Shown here one piece after another: positions 19,556-30,654 of a DNA stretch of 64,000 bases. Positions within the stretch are counted from its first letter, which is position 1. Each line of letters opens with the position of its first letter. Origin of the DNA: Sphaerochaeta sp. (GTDB lineage Bacteria; Spirochaetota; Spirochaetia; Sphaerochaetales; Sphaerochaetaceae). Where the stretch lies: positions 4,256-68,255 of the forward strand of contig JBFWKK010000001.1 of the NCBI GenBank assembly GCA_050252715.1. The letters are read 5' to 3'. The notes under the pieces are model-generated. The model searched no databases, was not told the origin of the DNA, and saw nothing but the letters and a program-made list of their open reading frames with translations. Both the position numbers and the translations under genes were made by a program.

Positions 19556-22500
19556 GTGCAAGAAATGACATCAAACGGATCCTGGTAATCGGAAGCGGTC
19601 CTATCGTTATCGGGCAAGCCTGCGAGTTTGACTACAGTGGTACCCAAGCAGTAAAAGCTTTGAAGGAAGAGGGGTATGAGGTCATCCTCCTGAATCCTAA
19701 TCCTGCAACGGTCATGACCACTGCGGGCTTGGCTGATCATATCTATCTCGATCCTCTCAGGGTGGAGTATGTTGAGCAGATATTTCAACGGGAAAGACCG
19801 GATGCAATCCTCACCACCATGGGAGGTCAGAGCGGGCTCAACTTGGCCTTGGAGCTTGAGGAAGCTGGATTGCTTAGCCAGTATGGGGTGGAGGTTATAG
19901 GATCTTCAATCAAATCCATCAAACTCGCAGAAGACCGCGGTGCATTCAAACATGTCATTGAAGGGTTGGGTCTACAGAGTGCAAAGAGTGCCATTGTCCA
20001 CAGCATGGAAGAAGCATTGGCGTTGCAAGAGGAGTTCCCCTTCCCCTTGATCATCCGACCCTCCTATACCCTTGGAGGGATGGGGGGCGCAATCGCCTAC
20101 ACCATGGAAGAGTATCCAACCCTTCTTGAACATGCTCTGGAAACAAGTCCAACCCATGAAGTTCTCATCGAGGAGTCGCTGATCGGGTGGAAGGAATTTG
20201 AGATGGAGGTGATGCGTGATAGAAATGACAACGCTATCATTGTCTGCTCCATCGAGAACATCGACCCCATGGGTGTACATACCGGGGACAGCATGACCAT
20301 TGCACCAATTCAGACACTGGATGAGAGAAGCTACCAGAAGATGCGCTCTGCATCCATAGCAATCCTACGTGCAATTGGTGTTGACTGTGGTGGCAGCAAC
20401 GTACAGTTTGCCGTACACCCTGAAACAGGGAGGATGGTGGTCATTGAGATGAACCCCCGCGTCTCACGTTCTTCAGCTCTTGCCAGCAAGGCAACAGGAT
20501 TTCCCATTGCCCGCTGTTCAGCCAAGCTGGCTGTTGGATATACCCTGGATGAGGTGCTCAACGAAATAACCGGTCAGTCCGTCTCCTGCTTTGAACCGGT
20601 GCTCGACTACTGTGCTGTGAAAGTACCTCGCTTTGAGTTGGAGAAGTTCCCACTTCCCCTCTCTGCACTAGGCACCCAGATGAGGAGTATCGGGGAGGCT
20701 CTGGCACTGGGAAGAACTGCCTTGGAGGCCTTGAACAAAGGAATCAGAAGCTCGGAGAGAAAACTGGAAGGACTTTGCAATCTCATAGAACTTGGTCTTT
20801 ACAGCGCAGAACAGGTTTCCCAATTTCTCACCAGTGCACACCCACTACGCCTGCTTGCCGCCTACACCACCCTCTGCATGGAAGGTTTGAAGGCTCTTCC
20901 CCGCATTCAGGAGGTTACGGGTTTCGAGCCTTGGTTTCTCGACCTTTTGGTGCAACAACGAGCTCTCGAACAGGAGATCAGATTCCACCTGGACCAAGAG
21001 ACATTGCTCAAAGCAAAGCAAGCGGGAATGAGTGATGCCTACATAGCATTGATCACAAGACGGAAGGAAGAGGAGATCGAGCGTCTCCGCTACGCCTACG
21101 AGATGCATCCGGTGACCCACCATGTCGATACCTGTAGCGGTGAGTTCGACGCACTCACCCCATATCTCTACACCACCTACGGAGAAACGGAAGAAGCCCC
21201 TCCTCTAGGAGAACAGGCAGTTGTGATACTCGCAAGTGGACCAAACAGAATAGGACAGGGCCTTGAGTTCGATACCTGCTGTACCCTCGCCAGTCTCGCC
21301 TATCGAAAACTTGGGCGAAAGACCATCATGGTCAACAGCAATCCTGAGACGGTATCCACTGACTACAATATCAGTGACCGTCTCTACCTCCAGGGGCTTA
21401 CAGGGGAAGAGGTGAAGGAGATACTGCGCCATGAGCAGACCCAACGTGTAGTTGTACAGCTTGGCGGCCAGACCCCCTTGAATCTGGCACCAACCCTCAC
21501 GCTATCAGGAGCCAAACTGGAGGGAACCGATCTGACTGGACTCCTGGATGCAGGGGACCGGGGAAAATTCTCAGCCTTGGTAAAGAACCTTGGGCTGCGA
21601 CAACCAAAAAACAAGGCTGCCACCAAGGAGGATGAAATTCTGCGGTTTGCCCAAGAGATTGGGTTTCCTGTCTTGATACGACCTTCCCATGTTCTGGGAG
21701 GAAGAGGCATGTACATCGTTTACGATGAGGAAGGACTTGCCTCACTACCTCCTGTTGAGGTCAGTGAAGAGGCACCGGTGCTGGTTGACCAGTTTCTTGA
21801 GGATGCCTTTGAGTATGACCTTGATGCCGTCTGTGATGGAGAGAGTCTCTACATTGGAGGCATTCTCCAGCACATTGAAGCTGCCGGAATCCATAGCGGA
21901 GATTCAGCGGCGGTGTTCCCTCCCTATAAGAGCACCCCAGCTCTTCTTCTAGAGATGCAGGATTGGGCACATAAGCTAGCCATAGCACTGCAGGTAAAGG
22001 GATTGATGAATATCCAGTTTGCAGCAAAGGATGGAGAACTCTACCTTATCGAGGTCAATCCCCGCGCATCACGTACCGTACCATTTATCTGCAAAACGAG
22101 TTCAGTTGACCTTATTGAGGTTGCAATCAGGATATGGGAAGGGCAAGACCTCTATAAGCAAGGCTTGGTAAAGAAGAAAGGGGCAAGAGCTCTGGGAACC
22201 TGCAAGGTCGGTTGGGCGGTAAAGGAAGCTGTATTCAGTTTTGACCGATTCAGCAATGTGGACCCCGCGCTGGGACCAGAGATGCGTTCAACCGGAGAGT
22301 CCATTGGATTGGGAAAAACCTTTGGAGAAGCCTTTGCAAAGAGCCAGATCAGCAGTGGAAACCGCCTTCCTGTTTCCGGGAAGGTATTCATCAGCGTGAA
22401 TAAGAAGGACCGCAATACAATACTGCCAGTAGTGAAGAAACTCGTCTCCCTTGGTTTCAGCATTGCAGCAACACAAGGAACAGCTGCCTATCTCTATGAA

Positions 22501-22761
22501 CAGGGGATCCTCACAGAGGTAATGCAGAAAGTACATGAGGGGAGACCCAATATCACAGACTACCTGCAAAAGAAGCAGATTGCCTTGGTCATCAACACCC
22601 CGATGGGATTCCATGCTCACCAAAGCGATGATGAGATCAGGAGTATTGCGATGCGTATGAAGATACCCTATACCACGACAACGAGCGCAGCGGTAGCTGC
22701 TGTGGAGGCAATCGAATACCTGCAAAAGAAGCAGGTCGTTGTACGGGAATTGCCGTCATAA
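19552..22761 (+). CDS. carB: Carbamoyl-phosphate synthase large subunit
   Basis: GSGPIVIGQACEFDYSG, two ATP-grasp halves, EMNPRVSRSSALASKATG, MGS domain. Confidence 0.97.
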   Translation: MSARNDIKRILVIGSGPIVIGQACEFDYSGTQAVKALKEEGYEVILLNPNPATVMTTAGLADHIYLDPLRVEYVEQIFQRERPDAILTTMGGQSGLNLALELEEAGLLSQYGVEVIGSSIKSIKLAEDRGAFKHVIEGLGLQSAKSAIVHSMEEALALQEEFPFPLIIRPSYTLGGMGGAIAYTMEEYPTLLEHALETSPTHEVLIEESLIGWKEFEMEVMRDRNDNAIIVCSIENIDPMGVHTGDSMTIAPIQTLDERSYQKMRSASIAILRAIGVDCGGSNVQFAVHPETGRMVVIEMNPRVSRSSALASKATGFPIARCSAKLAVGYTLDEVLNEITGQSVSCFEPVLDYCAVKVPRFELEKFPLPLSALGTQMRSIGEALALGRTALEALNKGIRSSERKLEGLCNLIELGLYSAEQVSQFLTSAHPLRLLAAYTTLCMEGLKALPRIQEVTGFEPWFLDLLVQQRALEQEIRFHLDQETLLKAKQAGMSDAYIALITRRKEEEIERLRYAYEMHPVTHHVDTCSGEFDALTPYLYTTYGETEEAPPLGEQAVVILASGPNRIGQGLEFDTCCTLASLAYRKLGRKTIMVNSNPETVSTDYNISDRLYLQGLTGEEVKEILRHEQTQRVVVQLGGQTPLNLAPTLTLSGAKLEGTDLTGLLDAGDRGKFSALVKNLGLRQPKNKAATKEDEILRFAQEIGFPVLIRPSHVLGGRGMYIVYDEEGLASLPPVEVSEEAPVLVDQFLEDAFEYDLDAVCDGESLYIGGILQHIEAAGIHSGDSAAVFPPYKSTPALLLEMQDWAHKLAIALQVKGLMNIQFAAKDGELYLIEVNPRASRTVPFICKTSSVDLIEVAIRIWEGQDLYKQGLVKKKGARALGTCKVGWAVKEAVFSFDRFSNVDPALGPEMRSTGESIGLGKTFGEAFAKSQISSGNRLPVSGKVFISVNKKDRNTILPVVKKLVSLGFSIAATQGTAAYLYEQGILTEVMQKVHEGRPNITDYLQKKQIALVINTPMGFHAHQSDDEIRSIAMRMKIPYTTTTSAAVAAVEAIEYLQKKQVVVRELPS

Positions 22762-22834
22762 GGGGCAATTGCCTTTTGGACTTCTATCGTATAGTATGGG
22801 AATACTTTCTTAAGGAGACCTAAAGGGACCGACT

Positions 22835-24631
22835 ATGGCAGAAGAAGTATTTTCCCAACGAACAACTACCTGTGGATCACTGACAAAGGCTGACAACGGC
22901 GCTACAGTGGTGCTCAACGGCTGGGTACACCGTGACAGAAATCATGGTGCCCTGCATTTCATCAATCTCCGTGACCGCTACGGTATCACCCAGGTGGTGG
23001 TAGATGATGATGCCAGCAAGGAACTCCAGGAGGTTGCCAATGCATTGCACTTGGAGTACTGCATTGCAGTAACCGGTGTAGTCCGCCTCAGACCTGATTC
23101 CATGGTAAATCCTGATATGGTGACCGGAGAGATTGAGGTAAAGGCTGAGAAGATTGAAATACTCAGCACGTGTGCACCGCTTCCTTTCCAGATTGATGAT
23201 GGCAATGAACCGAGGGAGGACCTCAGGCTCAAATACCGTTACCTTGACCTCCGCACCCAGGGAATGCAAAAACGAATGAAGCTTCGCCATGACTTTATTT
23301 TTGCATGTAGAAAATTCCTCACAAGCAGGGATTTCTATGAGATCGAGACACCAACCATGATCAAGAGCACCCCAGAGGGTGCACGTGACTTTTTGGTGCC
23401 AAGCAGAAACTACCCTGGAAAGTTCTACGCACTTCCCCAGAGCCCACAGCTTTTCAAGCAAATCCTGATGGTCGGGGGGATGGACAAATACTTCCAGATA
23501 GCCCGCTGTTATAGGGATGAGGATGCACGTGGGGACAGACAGCTTGAATTCACCCAGCTTGATTTGGAAATGAGCTTCGTAAAGCGTGACGATGTACTCT
23601 CCCTGATGGAGAACCTCTTTTCCTCGGTGTTCAAGGAAGTCATGGACTATGATCTTCCATCACAATTCAGGAGACTCAGCTACCATGACGCAATGAATAC
23701 CTACGGCTGTGATAAGCCAGATCTCCGCTTTGACGTTCCCCTCTCTGATGTGAATGATCTTGCCCAGAGAAGCAGTTTCACCACGTTCAAGGAGATTGTC
23801 AGTCAAGGTGGTTATGTAAAGGCCCTTGTTGCACCAAAGAGTGAAACCGTTGACTTTTCCCGCAAATACATCACCAGCCTCGAGGACGCCGCAAAAGTGT
23901 ATGGTGCCCAGGGTCTGGCATGGATCAAGGTAGGGGAAAACAACAGTTTCACCGGTGGGGTAAGCAAATTCTTTGTTGGTCTTGAAGACGAGCTCGCCCA
24001 GAAGCTGGATGCAAAAGAAGGAGATATGATCCTCTTTGTTGCCCATCAGGACTGGAAAAAGTGCTGTGCCAGTTTAAGTGCTGTACGCACAAAACTTGGA
24101 GCGGATTTGAGCCTCAGCCGGGGTGGCTTTGCCTTTTGCTGGATTGTTGACTTTCCCCTCTTTGAGTACAATGAGGAAGAAGGCCACTGGGAAGCTGCAC
24201 ACCATATGTTCAGCATGCCGCAGGCAGAATACCTTGAGACCCTTGAGTCTGACCCAGGCAGCGTAAAGGGAGATCTCTACGACTTGGTCCTCAACGGCTA
24301 TGAGGTAGCTAGTGGCTCCATCCGTATTCACGATGTGGAGCTGCAGAAGCGAATCTTCCGCATCTGCAACTTCGATGACAAGACTGCTGAGGAACGCTTT
24401 GGCTTCCTGCTCAACGCATTCCGTTACGGTGCTCCCCCCCATGGAGGTATCGCACCAGGTGTTGACCGTATGGTAATGATCATGGCTGAAGAGAGCTCAA
24501 TCCACGAGGTTATTGCATTCCCCAAGAATACTGCGGGAATTTCACCGATGGATGACTCTCCTTCACTGGTTGACCAAAAGCAGCTTGATGACCTGCATCT
24601 GATCGTCAAGTATCCTGAGCCAAAAGCATAA
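22835..24631 (+). CDS. aspS: Aspartate--tRNA ligase
   Basis: LRDRYG OB fold, STPEGARDFLVP, LPQSPQLFKQ, GAPPHGG. Confidence 0.97.
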   Translation: MAEEVFSQRTTTCGSLTKADNGATVVLNGWVHRDRNHGALHFINLRDRYGITQVVVDDDASKELQEVANALHLEYCIAVTGVVRLRPDSMVNPDMVTGEIEVKAEKIEILSTCAPLPFQIDDGNEPREDLRLKYRYLDLRTQGMQKRMKLRHDFIFACRKFLTSRDFYEIETPTMIKSTPEGARDFLVPSRNYPGKFYALPQSPQLFKQILMVGGMDKYFQIARCYRDEDARGDRQLEFTQLDLEMSFVKRDDVLSLMENLFSSVFKEVMDYDLPSQFRRLSYHDAMNTYGCDKPDLRFDVPLSDVNDLAQRSSFTTFKEIVSQGGYVKALVAPKSETVDFSRKYITSLEDAAKVYGAQGLAWIKVGENNSFTGGVSKFFVGLEDELAQKLDAKEGDMILFVAHQDWKKCCASLSAVRTKLGADLSLSRGGFAFCWIVDFPLFEYNEEEGHWEAAHHMFSMPQAEYLETLESDPGSVKGDLYDLVLNGYEVASGSIRIHDVELQKRIFRICNFDDKTAEERFGFLLNAFRYGAPPHGGIAPGVDRMVMIMAEESSIHEVIAFPKNTAGISPMDDSPSLVDQKQLDDLHLIVKYPEPKA

Positions 24632-24637
24632 ACGGTG

Positions 24638-24665
24638 AACCCCGGGTAATTCCGGGGTTTTTCTT
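24638..24665 (+). terminator. Intrinsic terminator of aspS
   Basis: AACCCCGG-loop-CCGGGGTT plus T tract. Confidence 0.8.
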
Positions 24666-24704
24666 GCCAAGGAGGAACACCGAGCGAAGGTGTGAGTACT
24701 ACAG

Positions 24705-25589
24705 ATGAAAAAGAACCTTGCCTTACGCGTATCCTATCTCAATATTTTCGGCAATATTGTACTTGCAATAAGCAAAACCACTATTGGTATTGTTGCCCAC
24801 TCTGTGGCTCTCGTGAATGATGGGATCAACAATGCCGGCGATGTAGCAAGCTCCATCATTGCCATGATCGGTATCTCTGCAGGCTCCAAGGAGTCTGACG
24901 AGGACCACCAATATGGACATGAAAGACTGGAGTGTGTTGCAGCAATTCTGCTCTCTGGAGTCATCATGGTCGTGGGATTCGGCCTCCTGGTGGATGGGAT
25001 AACCACCATCGTAACCGGTAGCTATCATGCTTTGCCCGTACCGGGGGTAATCACAGTCATTGCCGCCATTGCCTCCATTGTCATCAAGCAGATTATGTTC
25101 CTCTATACCCGTTGGGCAGGCAAGAAGACCGACTCCTCAGCATTGATGGCCTCGGCGTGGGACTCCCAGAGTGACGTGCTTGCAACTACCGGAGGCTTGA
25201 TCGGCATCATCGCTTCCCGCATGGGATACCCCATTGCGGATTCAATAGCAGCCATCCTTATCTCACTGTTCATTATCCGCGTCGGGATCGAAATCTTCCG
25301 TGATGGCATGTATAAAATGGTTGATCATGCTTGTCCTGAAAAGGTTGTACAAGAGATTCGCTCTCTCATTCTCGACCAGGAGGGAGTAAAGGGATTGGAC
25401 CTCCTGAGAACCAGGAAGTTTGGCTCCAAAGCCTATGTCGATGTTGAGATTTCTGCTGAAGGGTCGCAAAGTCTTGTTGATGCGCACTGCATCGCAGAGC
25501 GGGTTCATCATGCCATTGAAACCAGCTTTCCCCAAGTAAAACACTGTATGGTTCATGTAAATCCCTACAAGCATACAAAGAGCAGGTAG
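24705..25589 (+). CDS. Cation diffusion facilitator (FieF-like)
   Basis: D.DHQYGHERLE, six TMs, C-terminal ZT dimer domain ending VHVNP. Confidence 0.92.
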   Translation: MKKNLALRVSYLNIFGNIVLAISKTTIGIVAHSVALVNDGINNAGDVASSIIAMIGISAGSKESDEDHQYGHERLECVAAILLSGVIMVVGFGLLVDGITTIVTGSYHALPVPGVITVIAAIASIVIKQIMFLYTRWAGKKTDSSALMASAWDSQSDVLATTGGLIGIIASRMGYPIADSIAAILISLFIIRVGIEIFRDGMYKMVDHACPEKVVQEIRSLILDQEGVKGLDLLRTRKFGSKAYVDVEISAEGSQSLVDAHCIAERVHHAIETSFPQVKHCMVHVNPYKHTKSR

Positions 25590-25645
25590 CATATCCTAGA
25601 AAATTCATGTTCTATGGGCTATGATGTGAGAAGAGGAGATACCTG

Positions 25646-26032
25646 ATGGGCGAGAAGAAACATGTACGTGCAGATTTTGTACCTGGACACTACCAGTTCA
25701 CTACAGACAAAGGAACCAGTTTTGAGATTGGGCCCTCCAGTGCCCCGTATGACTACCTCCTTGGAGCATTGAGCGGCTGTTTATTTGCAACATTTGAAGA
25801 GCTGGCCTCGAAAATGCGCTTCACTTGGGAGCATATCAGTTTTGAAGTGAATGGCGAGAAGCGGGATGACCCACCAACCACACTCAAGACACTGCATATT
25901 TCCGTACAAGCTACCGGGGTCGACAACCAAAAGAAATTTCTGAAGGCCTTTGAGACGGCCTCTCGTTACTGCTCCATCTTCCAGACGATCTCACAGGTCA
26001 GTGAGATGGACTACGAAGTGGAATTCTTGTAG
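25646..26032 (+). CDS. OsmC family protein
   Basis: PYDYLLGALSGC ... YCSIFQTI two-Cys pattern. Confidence 0.85.
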   Translation: MGEKKHVRADFVPGHYQFTTDKGTSFEIGPSSAPYDYLLGALSGCLFATFEELASKMRFTWEHISFEVNGEKRDDPPTTLKTLHISVQATGVDNQKKFLKAFETASRYCSIFQTISQVSEMDYEVEFL

Positions 26033-26036
26033 TACC

Positions 26037-26627
26037 ATGACAGTCAGCGCACGCTTTACCAACATCCTGCTCTTTGAAGCCTTTGAGACTGCCATGCGAC
26101 AACTCCTGGTAGAAGACAAGGAGGTTCTCTCCTGGCCAAAATCAAAGCATACGCTTGCTCACTGCCTTGCAAACCAGCTCCAGTTGAGTCTCACAAGGGT
26201 TCTCAATCTTGCGGAGAATGTGGCAAACCCCCATTTTTTCTCCCTCCCAGGAAATATCAAGGTGGATATCATGACCATGGGATTCGATGTATTGGTTCAT
26301 GACCGCAAGGGAGTCAAACTGCTGGGTATTGTGCTGGGAACCGAGTATCTGAGCAAGGTGCAACAAAATCATCTTATCCAAGCACAAAATCAGGGTTGTC
26401 AGTTGGTGCTCGGCACTGCATTCCTTCCCCAGAAGGAGTATGTCCTGCTCTACAGTCCCTCGCAGGAGAGTTTGGAGTACTACCACTTCAACAAGGCTGA
26501 CGGAACCACCACCCATCTCAAGGGGAAGGAGGTGGCGGACGGGGCAGAGGACTCTCTGCAACTCCTGCTGGGGATCAAGGAACGAAAGAAAAAGAAAAGA
26601 AAAAAGGTCACTGTACAGGATCAATGA
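26037..26627 (+). CDS. Hypothetical protein
   Basis: Long ORF following osmC, Lys-rich tail; no motif recognised. Confidence 0.6.
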   Translation: MTVSARFTNILLFEAFETAMRQLLVEDKEVLSWPKSKHTLAHCLANQLQLSLTRVLNLAENVANPHFFSLPGNIKVDIMTMGFDVLVHDRKGVKLLGIVLGTEYLSKVQQNHLIQAQNQGCQLVLGTAFLPQKEYVLLYSPSQESLEYYHFNKADGTTTHLKGKEVADGAEDSLQLLLGIKERKKKKRKKVTVQDQ

Positions 26628-27339
26628 CCCGACTTCGTCCAGTCATCTTGTCCACGGTTCTCTTATGGGCATCTTCACACCCATGCCAAGGTTTGTCAGC
26701 ATTCTCAGACTTATACTTCTGGGTCATCCAGTGTACATCCTTGGCAATCCTATCGAGATTTTTCACCTGAATCTGCGTCATTTCACGTACAAAATCAGCA
26801 TACCGTGCGGAGGGAAGTGCTTTTTGGGCAACCAGCAGCAGGAGAGAAAAGTGGTGGAGACAGAAGCCTTTTCCATCGGCAAGTGCTTCATGAAATGAGG
26901 GATCCTCATTCCAAAGATAGCTGGTTGTATAGAGATAGCGTTGAAGCCGCTCATCCATTGCAGAGCATACCAAGCACCCTTTTTCACGCGATGCCAGGAC
27001 AGCTTGGAATCCTGCCACCGCTTTACGTGCCTGTCTCGTACTTTTCGCTGAGAGCAATTGATTGATTGCAGACTCACTCTTTTTTCGAGTGGTTTCCAAG
27101 TAGGTGTCACTCATCAGGGCAATACCCTGTGGTTTGCCTGCCTTTGCAAGCAACTGCCAATGCTTATTGCAGAATCCATGCTCATTTACCTTTACTCGGG
27201 TCTCTGGATTCATAACAGAGTTTCCCAGATAAAAATCAATCGCATCCTTCTGTGCTTCTGCCATCAGCGAGCAAATAAAACACTCCGCTCCACTGTGTAC
27301 TCCATCCCATACGGGTATGGTCTCAAGTTCTATTTTCAT
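26608..27339 (-). CDS. DUF6062 family Cys/His-rich protein
   Basis: Duplicated CxxC ... GFCxxH pattern (CFIC, GFCNKH, CLVC, GFCLHH). Confidence 0.75.
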   Translation of the reverse strand: MKIELETIPVWDGVHSGAECFICSLMAEAQKDAIDFYLGNSVMNPETRVKVNEHGFCNKHWQLLAKAGKPQGIALMSDTYLETTRKKSESAINQLLSAKSTRQARKAVAGFQAVLASREKGCLVCSAMDERLQRYLYTTSYLWNEDPSFHEALADGKGFCLHHFSLLLLVAQKALPSARYADFVREMTQIQVKNLDRIAKDVHWMTQKYKSENADKPWHGCEDAHKRTVDKMTGRSRVIDPVQ

Positions 27340-28008
27340 CTACTTTGACCCGTATTTCATCTGCATCAGTTGCTTCAGCCTAGGATCAGGCAACTCTTGA
27401 ACAGCATACTCACCGCCACCCATCTGCTTGGTGATGACCGTCATCTGTGCAGCACGCTCAAGGAGCTCCATCTTGTCGAATGCCTCGAGCATGGAACGAC
27501 CGAGAGCCACTGCTCCATGGTTCTCCAACAACAACACATCGTGGTCGAAAGATTGGGCAGCTACTTGTTCAGCAAGATCCACCGTTCCCATAAGCCGGTA
27601 ATCGACAAGGACGGGGTCTTCGAGTATAAAGTAGGATTCTGCGATCAAGTGGGTGTTGATCGCATTCTTGCCATCCTTCGTGATTGCAGTGAATGCAGAA
27701 ACATAGGTAGGGTGTGCATGCACAATTGCCTGGATATCGGGCCTTGCAATAAGAATAAGACGATGCATCTCTGTCTCTATACTGAGACGGAGCTTTGGAG
27801 TCAGGTTCTTCCCCTCCAGGGTGACAACAGCGATATCCTCTGATGTAAGCAGACCCTTGTCCAAGGCACTGGGGGTGATGCAGAACAGATCCTTGTTGAT
27901 TCGCATGCTGATATTTCCACCGCTGGCGGTGGTAAGTTGCCGGTCATACAGGCGACTCATGAAGGAAGCGACCTGTCTTCGGTAGTTTTCATATTTCTGT
28001 AAGTCCAT
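27340..28008 (-). CDS. Class II aldolase/adducin family protein (FucA-like)
   Basis: GGNIS, ITPS, S.E..MH, VHAHP, LLENHG. Confidence 0.9.
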   Translation of the reverse strand: MDLQKYENYRRQVASFMSRLYDRQLTTASGGNISMRINKDLFCITPSALDKGLLTSEDIAVVTLEGKNLTPKLRLSIETEMHRLILIARPDIQAIVHAHPTYVSAFTAITKDGKNAINTHLIAESYFILEDPVLVDYRLMGTVDLAEQVAAQSFDHDVLLLENHGAVALGRSMLEAFDKMELLERAAQMTVITKQMGGGEYAVQELPDPRLKQLMQMKYGSK

Positions 28009-28130
28009 GGGACGAGTATAGCATGAGCGCCCTTCTTGGGGAACGGTAAAGCGCTCTTGCTGGTACCTTGAGAAGGCATGATGCTTTTGCTACAATGGCC
28101 CCTGTTCGAATAGTAAGGAGATGTACCACG

Positions 28131-29897
28131 ATGAAGATGTCAAAACTCTTTTCCAAAACCCTGAGAGAAGCCCCCAATGGAGCTGACAGCAAGGGCTATG
28201 AATATCTGCTGCGAGCAGGCTTTATACGCCAGTTGGGAGCTGGCATCTTCACCTTGCTCCCCTTCGGGTTCAATGTGGCCAAGAACATTGAGCAGGTCAT
28301 CCGTGAAGAGATGAATGCAATTGGAGGTCAGGAGATCCTGATGCCTCTGGTCAATCCAGCAGATATCTGGAAGGAGACCGGCCGTTTTTACAGTATCGAC
28401 CGCGAGATGAGCCGGTTCAATGACCGCTCAGGGAGAGATATGGTACTTGCCATGACCCATGAGGAAGCGGTAACAGACCTCGCTCGTGGGGAAATTGACA
28501 GTTACAAGCGTCTCCCCTTGCTTGTCTACCAAATCCAGACCAAGTGGCGTGATGATCCCCGTCCCCGCGCCGGTTTGATCAGGGTCCGTGAATTTACCAT
28601 GAAGGACAGCTACTCCTTTGATATTGACCAAGAAGGTCTGGACAAACAGTATGCTGAGCACTACAAGGCTTACTTCAGGATTTTCAGTCGTTGTGGTCTT
28701 CCTGTCATTGTTGTCGGTGCAGACAGCGGCATGATGGGAGGCAAGGTAAGCCACGAGTACATGTACCTCTCTCCTATCGGGGAGGATACCATTATCACCT
28801 GTCCCGCTTGCAACTATACTGCAAACCGCCAAGTAGCCACTTTCAGAAAGACCTACTATACAGAAGAGATGCAGGAGATGGAGAAGGTAAGCACCCCTGA
28901 TTGCAAGACCATCGAAGAGCTTGCCGCCTTCTTGAAGATAGAGAAGAGACAGACAGCAAAGGCTGTCTTCGAGGTAGGGACCTTCATCAATGACACCAAC
29001 GGTGAGGAAGAAGAGAAACTCATTGTCGGTATCATCCGTGGTGACCTCGAGGTAGAAGAGAACAAGTTGCAAAATGCAGTGAGAGCAAACGCTTTACGTC
29101 CTGCCCATGCTGAAGAGATTGTTGCAGGGAACATGGTTCCCGGCTATGGTTCGGCCGTTGGCTGCAAGGAGAATGTACTGATAGTGGTTGACGATTCGGT
29201 CGCAAAGAGCAACAACCTGGTCGCCGGTGCAAATGAAGAGGGGTATCACCTCCTGAATACGAACTACGGAAGGGACTACCAAGGAGTGGTCGCTGATATT
29301 GCCAGTGCAAGCAGTGGCTATGCCTGCCCAGAGTGCGGCAAACCATTGGTCTCTTCAAAGGGAGTGGAAGTTGGCAACATCTTCCAGCTGAATACCCGCT
29401 ACAGCGAAAGCATGAACTGTTCCTACCAAGATGAGAACGGTGTTCGAAAACCCGTCATCATGGGCTCCTATGGAATTGGGGTTGGTCGATTGCTTGCTTG
29501 TCTTGCAGAGCATTACAGCGATGAGAAGGGACTCAGCCTTCCTATCAGTGTAGCTCCCATGCAGGTTCATCTGGTAAGTCTGGTAAAGGATGCACAAGTA
29601 GCTGAGTCAATCTACCAGGCATTGACGCAGGCAGGCTTAGAGGTCCTGTATGATGACAGAAAGGAGTCAGCTGGTGTCAAGTTTGCTGATGCTGACCTCA
29701 TAGGGTTGCCAATCCGCATCACCCTCGGAAATCGCTCCTTGAAGGAAGGAAAGGTTGAGGTCAAACTCAGAAGCAACCTCGATGAATCCTTCTCCTTCGC
29801 TGTAGATACCGTAGTAGAGGAAACGCTCAGTCTGATCGCCAAGCTCAAGAATGAAATGGAAAGCCAGATTGTAGAATATGAGTGGAAGAAGGACTGA
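28131..29897 (+). CDS. proS: Proline--tRNA ligase (bacterial type with editing domain)
   Basis: LLRAGFIRQ, THEE, RPRAGLIRVREF.MKDSYSF, GVEVGNIFQL, MGSYGIGVGR. Confidence 0.97.
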   Translation: MKMSKLFSKTLREAPNGADSKGYEYLLRAGFIRQLGAGIFTLLPFGFNVAKNIEQVIREEMNAIGGQEILMPLVNPADIWKETGRFYSIDREMSRFNDRSGRDMVLAMTHEEAVTDLARGEIDSYKRLPLLVYQIQTKWRDDPRPRAGLIRVREFTMKDSYSFDIDQEGLDKQYAEHYKAYFRIFSRCGLPVIVVGADSGMMGGKVSHEYMYLSPIGEDTIITCPACNYTANRQVATFRKTYYTEEMQEMEKVSTPDCKTIEELAAFLKIEKRQTAKAVFEVGTFINDTNGEEEEKLIVGIIRGDLEVEENKLQNAVRANALRPAHAEEIVAGNMVPGYGSAVGCKENVLIVVDDSVAKSNNLVAGANEEGYHLLNTNYGRDYQGVVADIASASSGYACPECGKPLVSSKGVEVGNIFQLNTRYSESMNCSYQDENGVRKPVIMGSYGIGVGRLLACLAEHYSDEKGLSLPISVAPMQVHLVSLVKDAQVAESIYQALTQAGLEVLYDDRKESAGVKFADADLIGLPIRITLGNRSLKEGKVEVKLRSNLDESFSFAVDTVVEETLSLIAKLKNEMESQIVEYEWKKD

Positions 29898-29912
29898 TAC
29901 GTTCTCCTACCT

Positions 29913-29947
29913 AAAATCCCCTCGTCATACTGACAAGGGGATTTTTT
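29913..29947. terminator. Bidirectional terminator between proS and the ankyrin gene
   Basis: AAAATCCCCT...AGGGGATTTTTT. Confidence 0.75.
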
Positions 29948-29968
29948 CAGGGATCTGAAGGAACCTAA

Positions 29969-30481
29969 TTAGTTGGCGCCCATCTTTTTCAGCTGGTTGA
30001 TGATATAGGTACGCTTTGCTGCCTTTGCATACTCCAGCACAGAGTGTCCCTGATAGTCTCGTGCATTGATATCTGCACCGGCCTTGATCAAGGCAGTCAC
30101 TACGCGCGTCTCTGGATTGGTGTTCACCGCCATGATCAATGCGGTCTCGCCAAGATAGTTGCGTGCATTCAAGTCAGCTCCAGCTTTCAGCAACTCCTCG
30201 ATGACCTTGGGACTGGTGCTCTTGTTTGCTGCAAGGTGCAGGGCATTCGAACGATACTTGGGCTCAGCTTCCTGAATATCGGCCCCAGCCTCCAACAATG
30301 CTTTCAGTACATTAACCGATGGATTGTACTGAGCGGCCAACATGATGGGAGTAAGGCCCCACTCATTCTGGGTATGAATATCAGCTCCCTGCTCCAGAAG
30401 ACTTTTCACTTCCTTCACCTTGGTAGCGGAAATAGCAGCTGCAAGCAGTTTCTTATTCAACGTCTCTTCTCGTTTTGACAT
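29969..30481 (-). CDS. Ankyrin repeat protein
   Basis: Repeats GLTPIMLAA, NALHLAA, GETALIMA with LL.AGAD.NAR. Confidence 0.92.
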   Translation of the reverse strand: MSKREETLNKKLLAAAISATKVKEVKSLLEQGADIHTQNEWGLTPIMLAAQYNPSVNVLKALLEAGADIQEAEPKYRSNALHLAANKSTSPKVIEELLKAGADLNARNYLGETALIMAVNTNPETRVVTALIKAGADINARDYQGHSVLEYAKAAKRTYIINQLKKMGAN

Positions 30482-30654
30482 ATGTTGGATATCTCCTTAC
30501 TCATTATTTGAATTGTACTTACTACATCCAGTATCCCAATTTTCCATAACATTGTACAGTCTTGGACCTGCTTTTTGCTTGAATTCACCACACCGCTATC
30601 CTTTTGCCTTCTTTAGGATTTGCCTCACCACACAAATAGCAGTATGATACAACC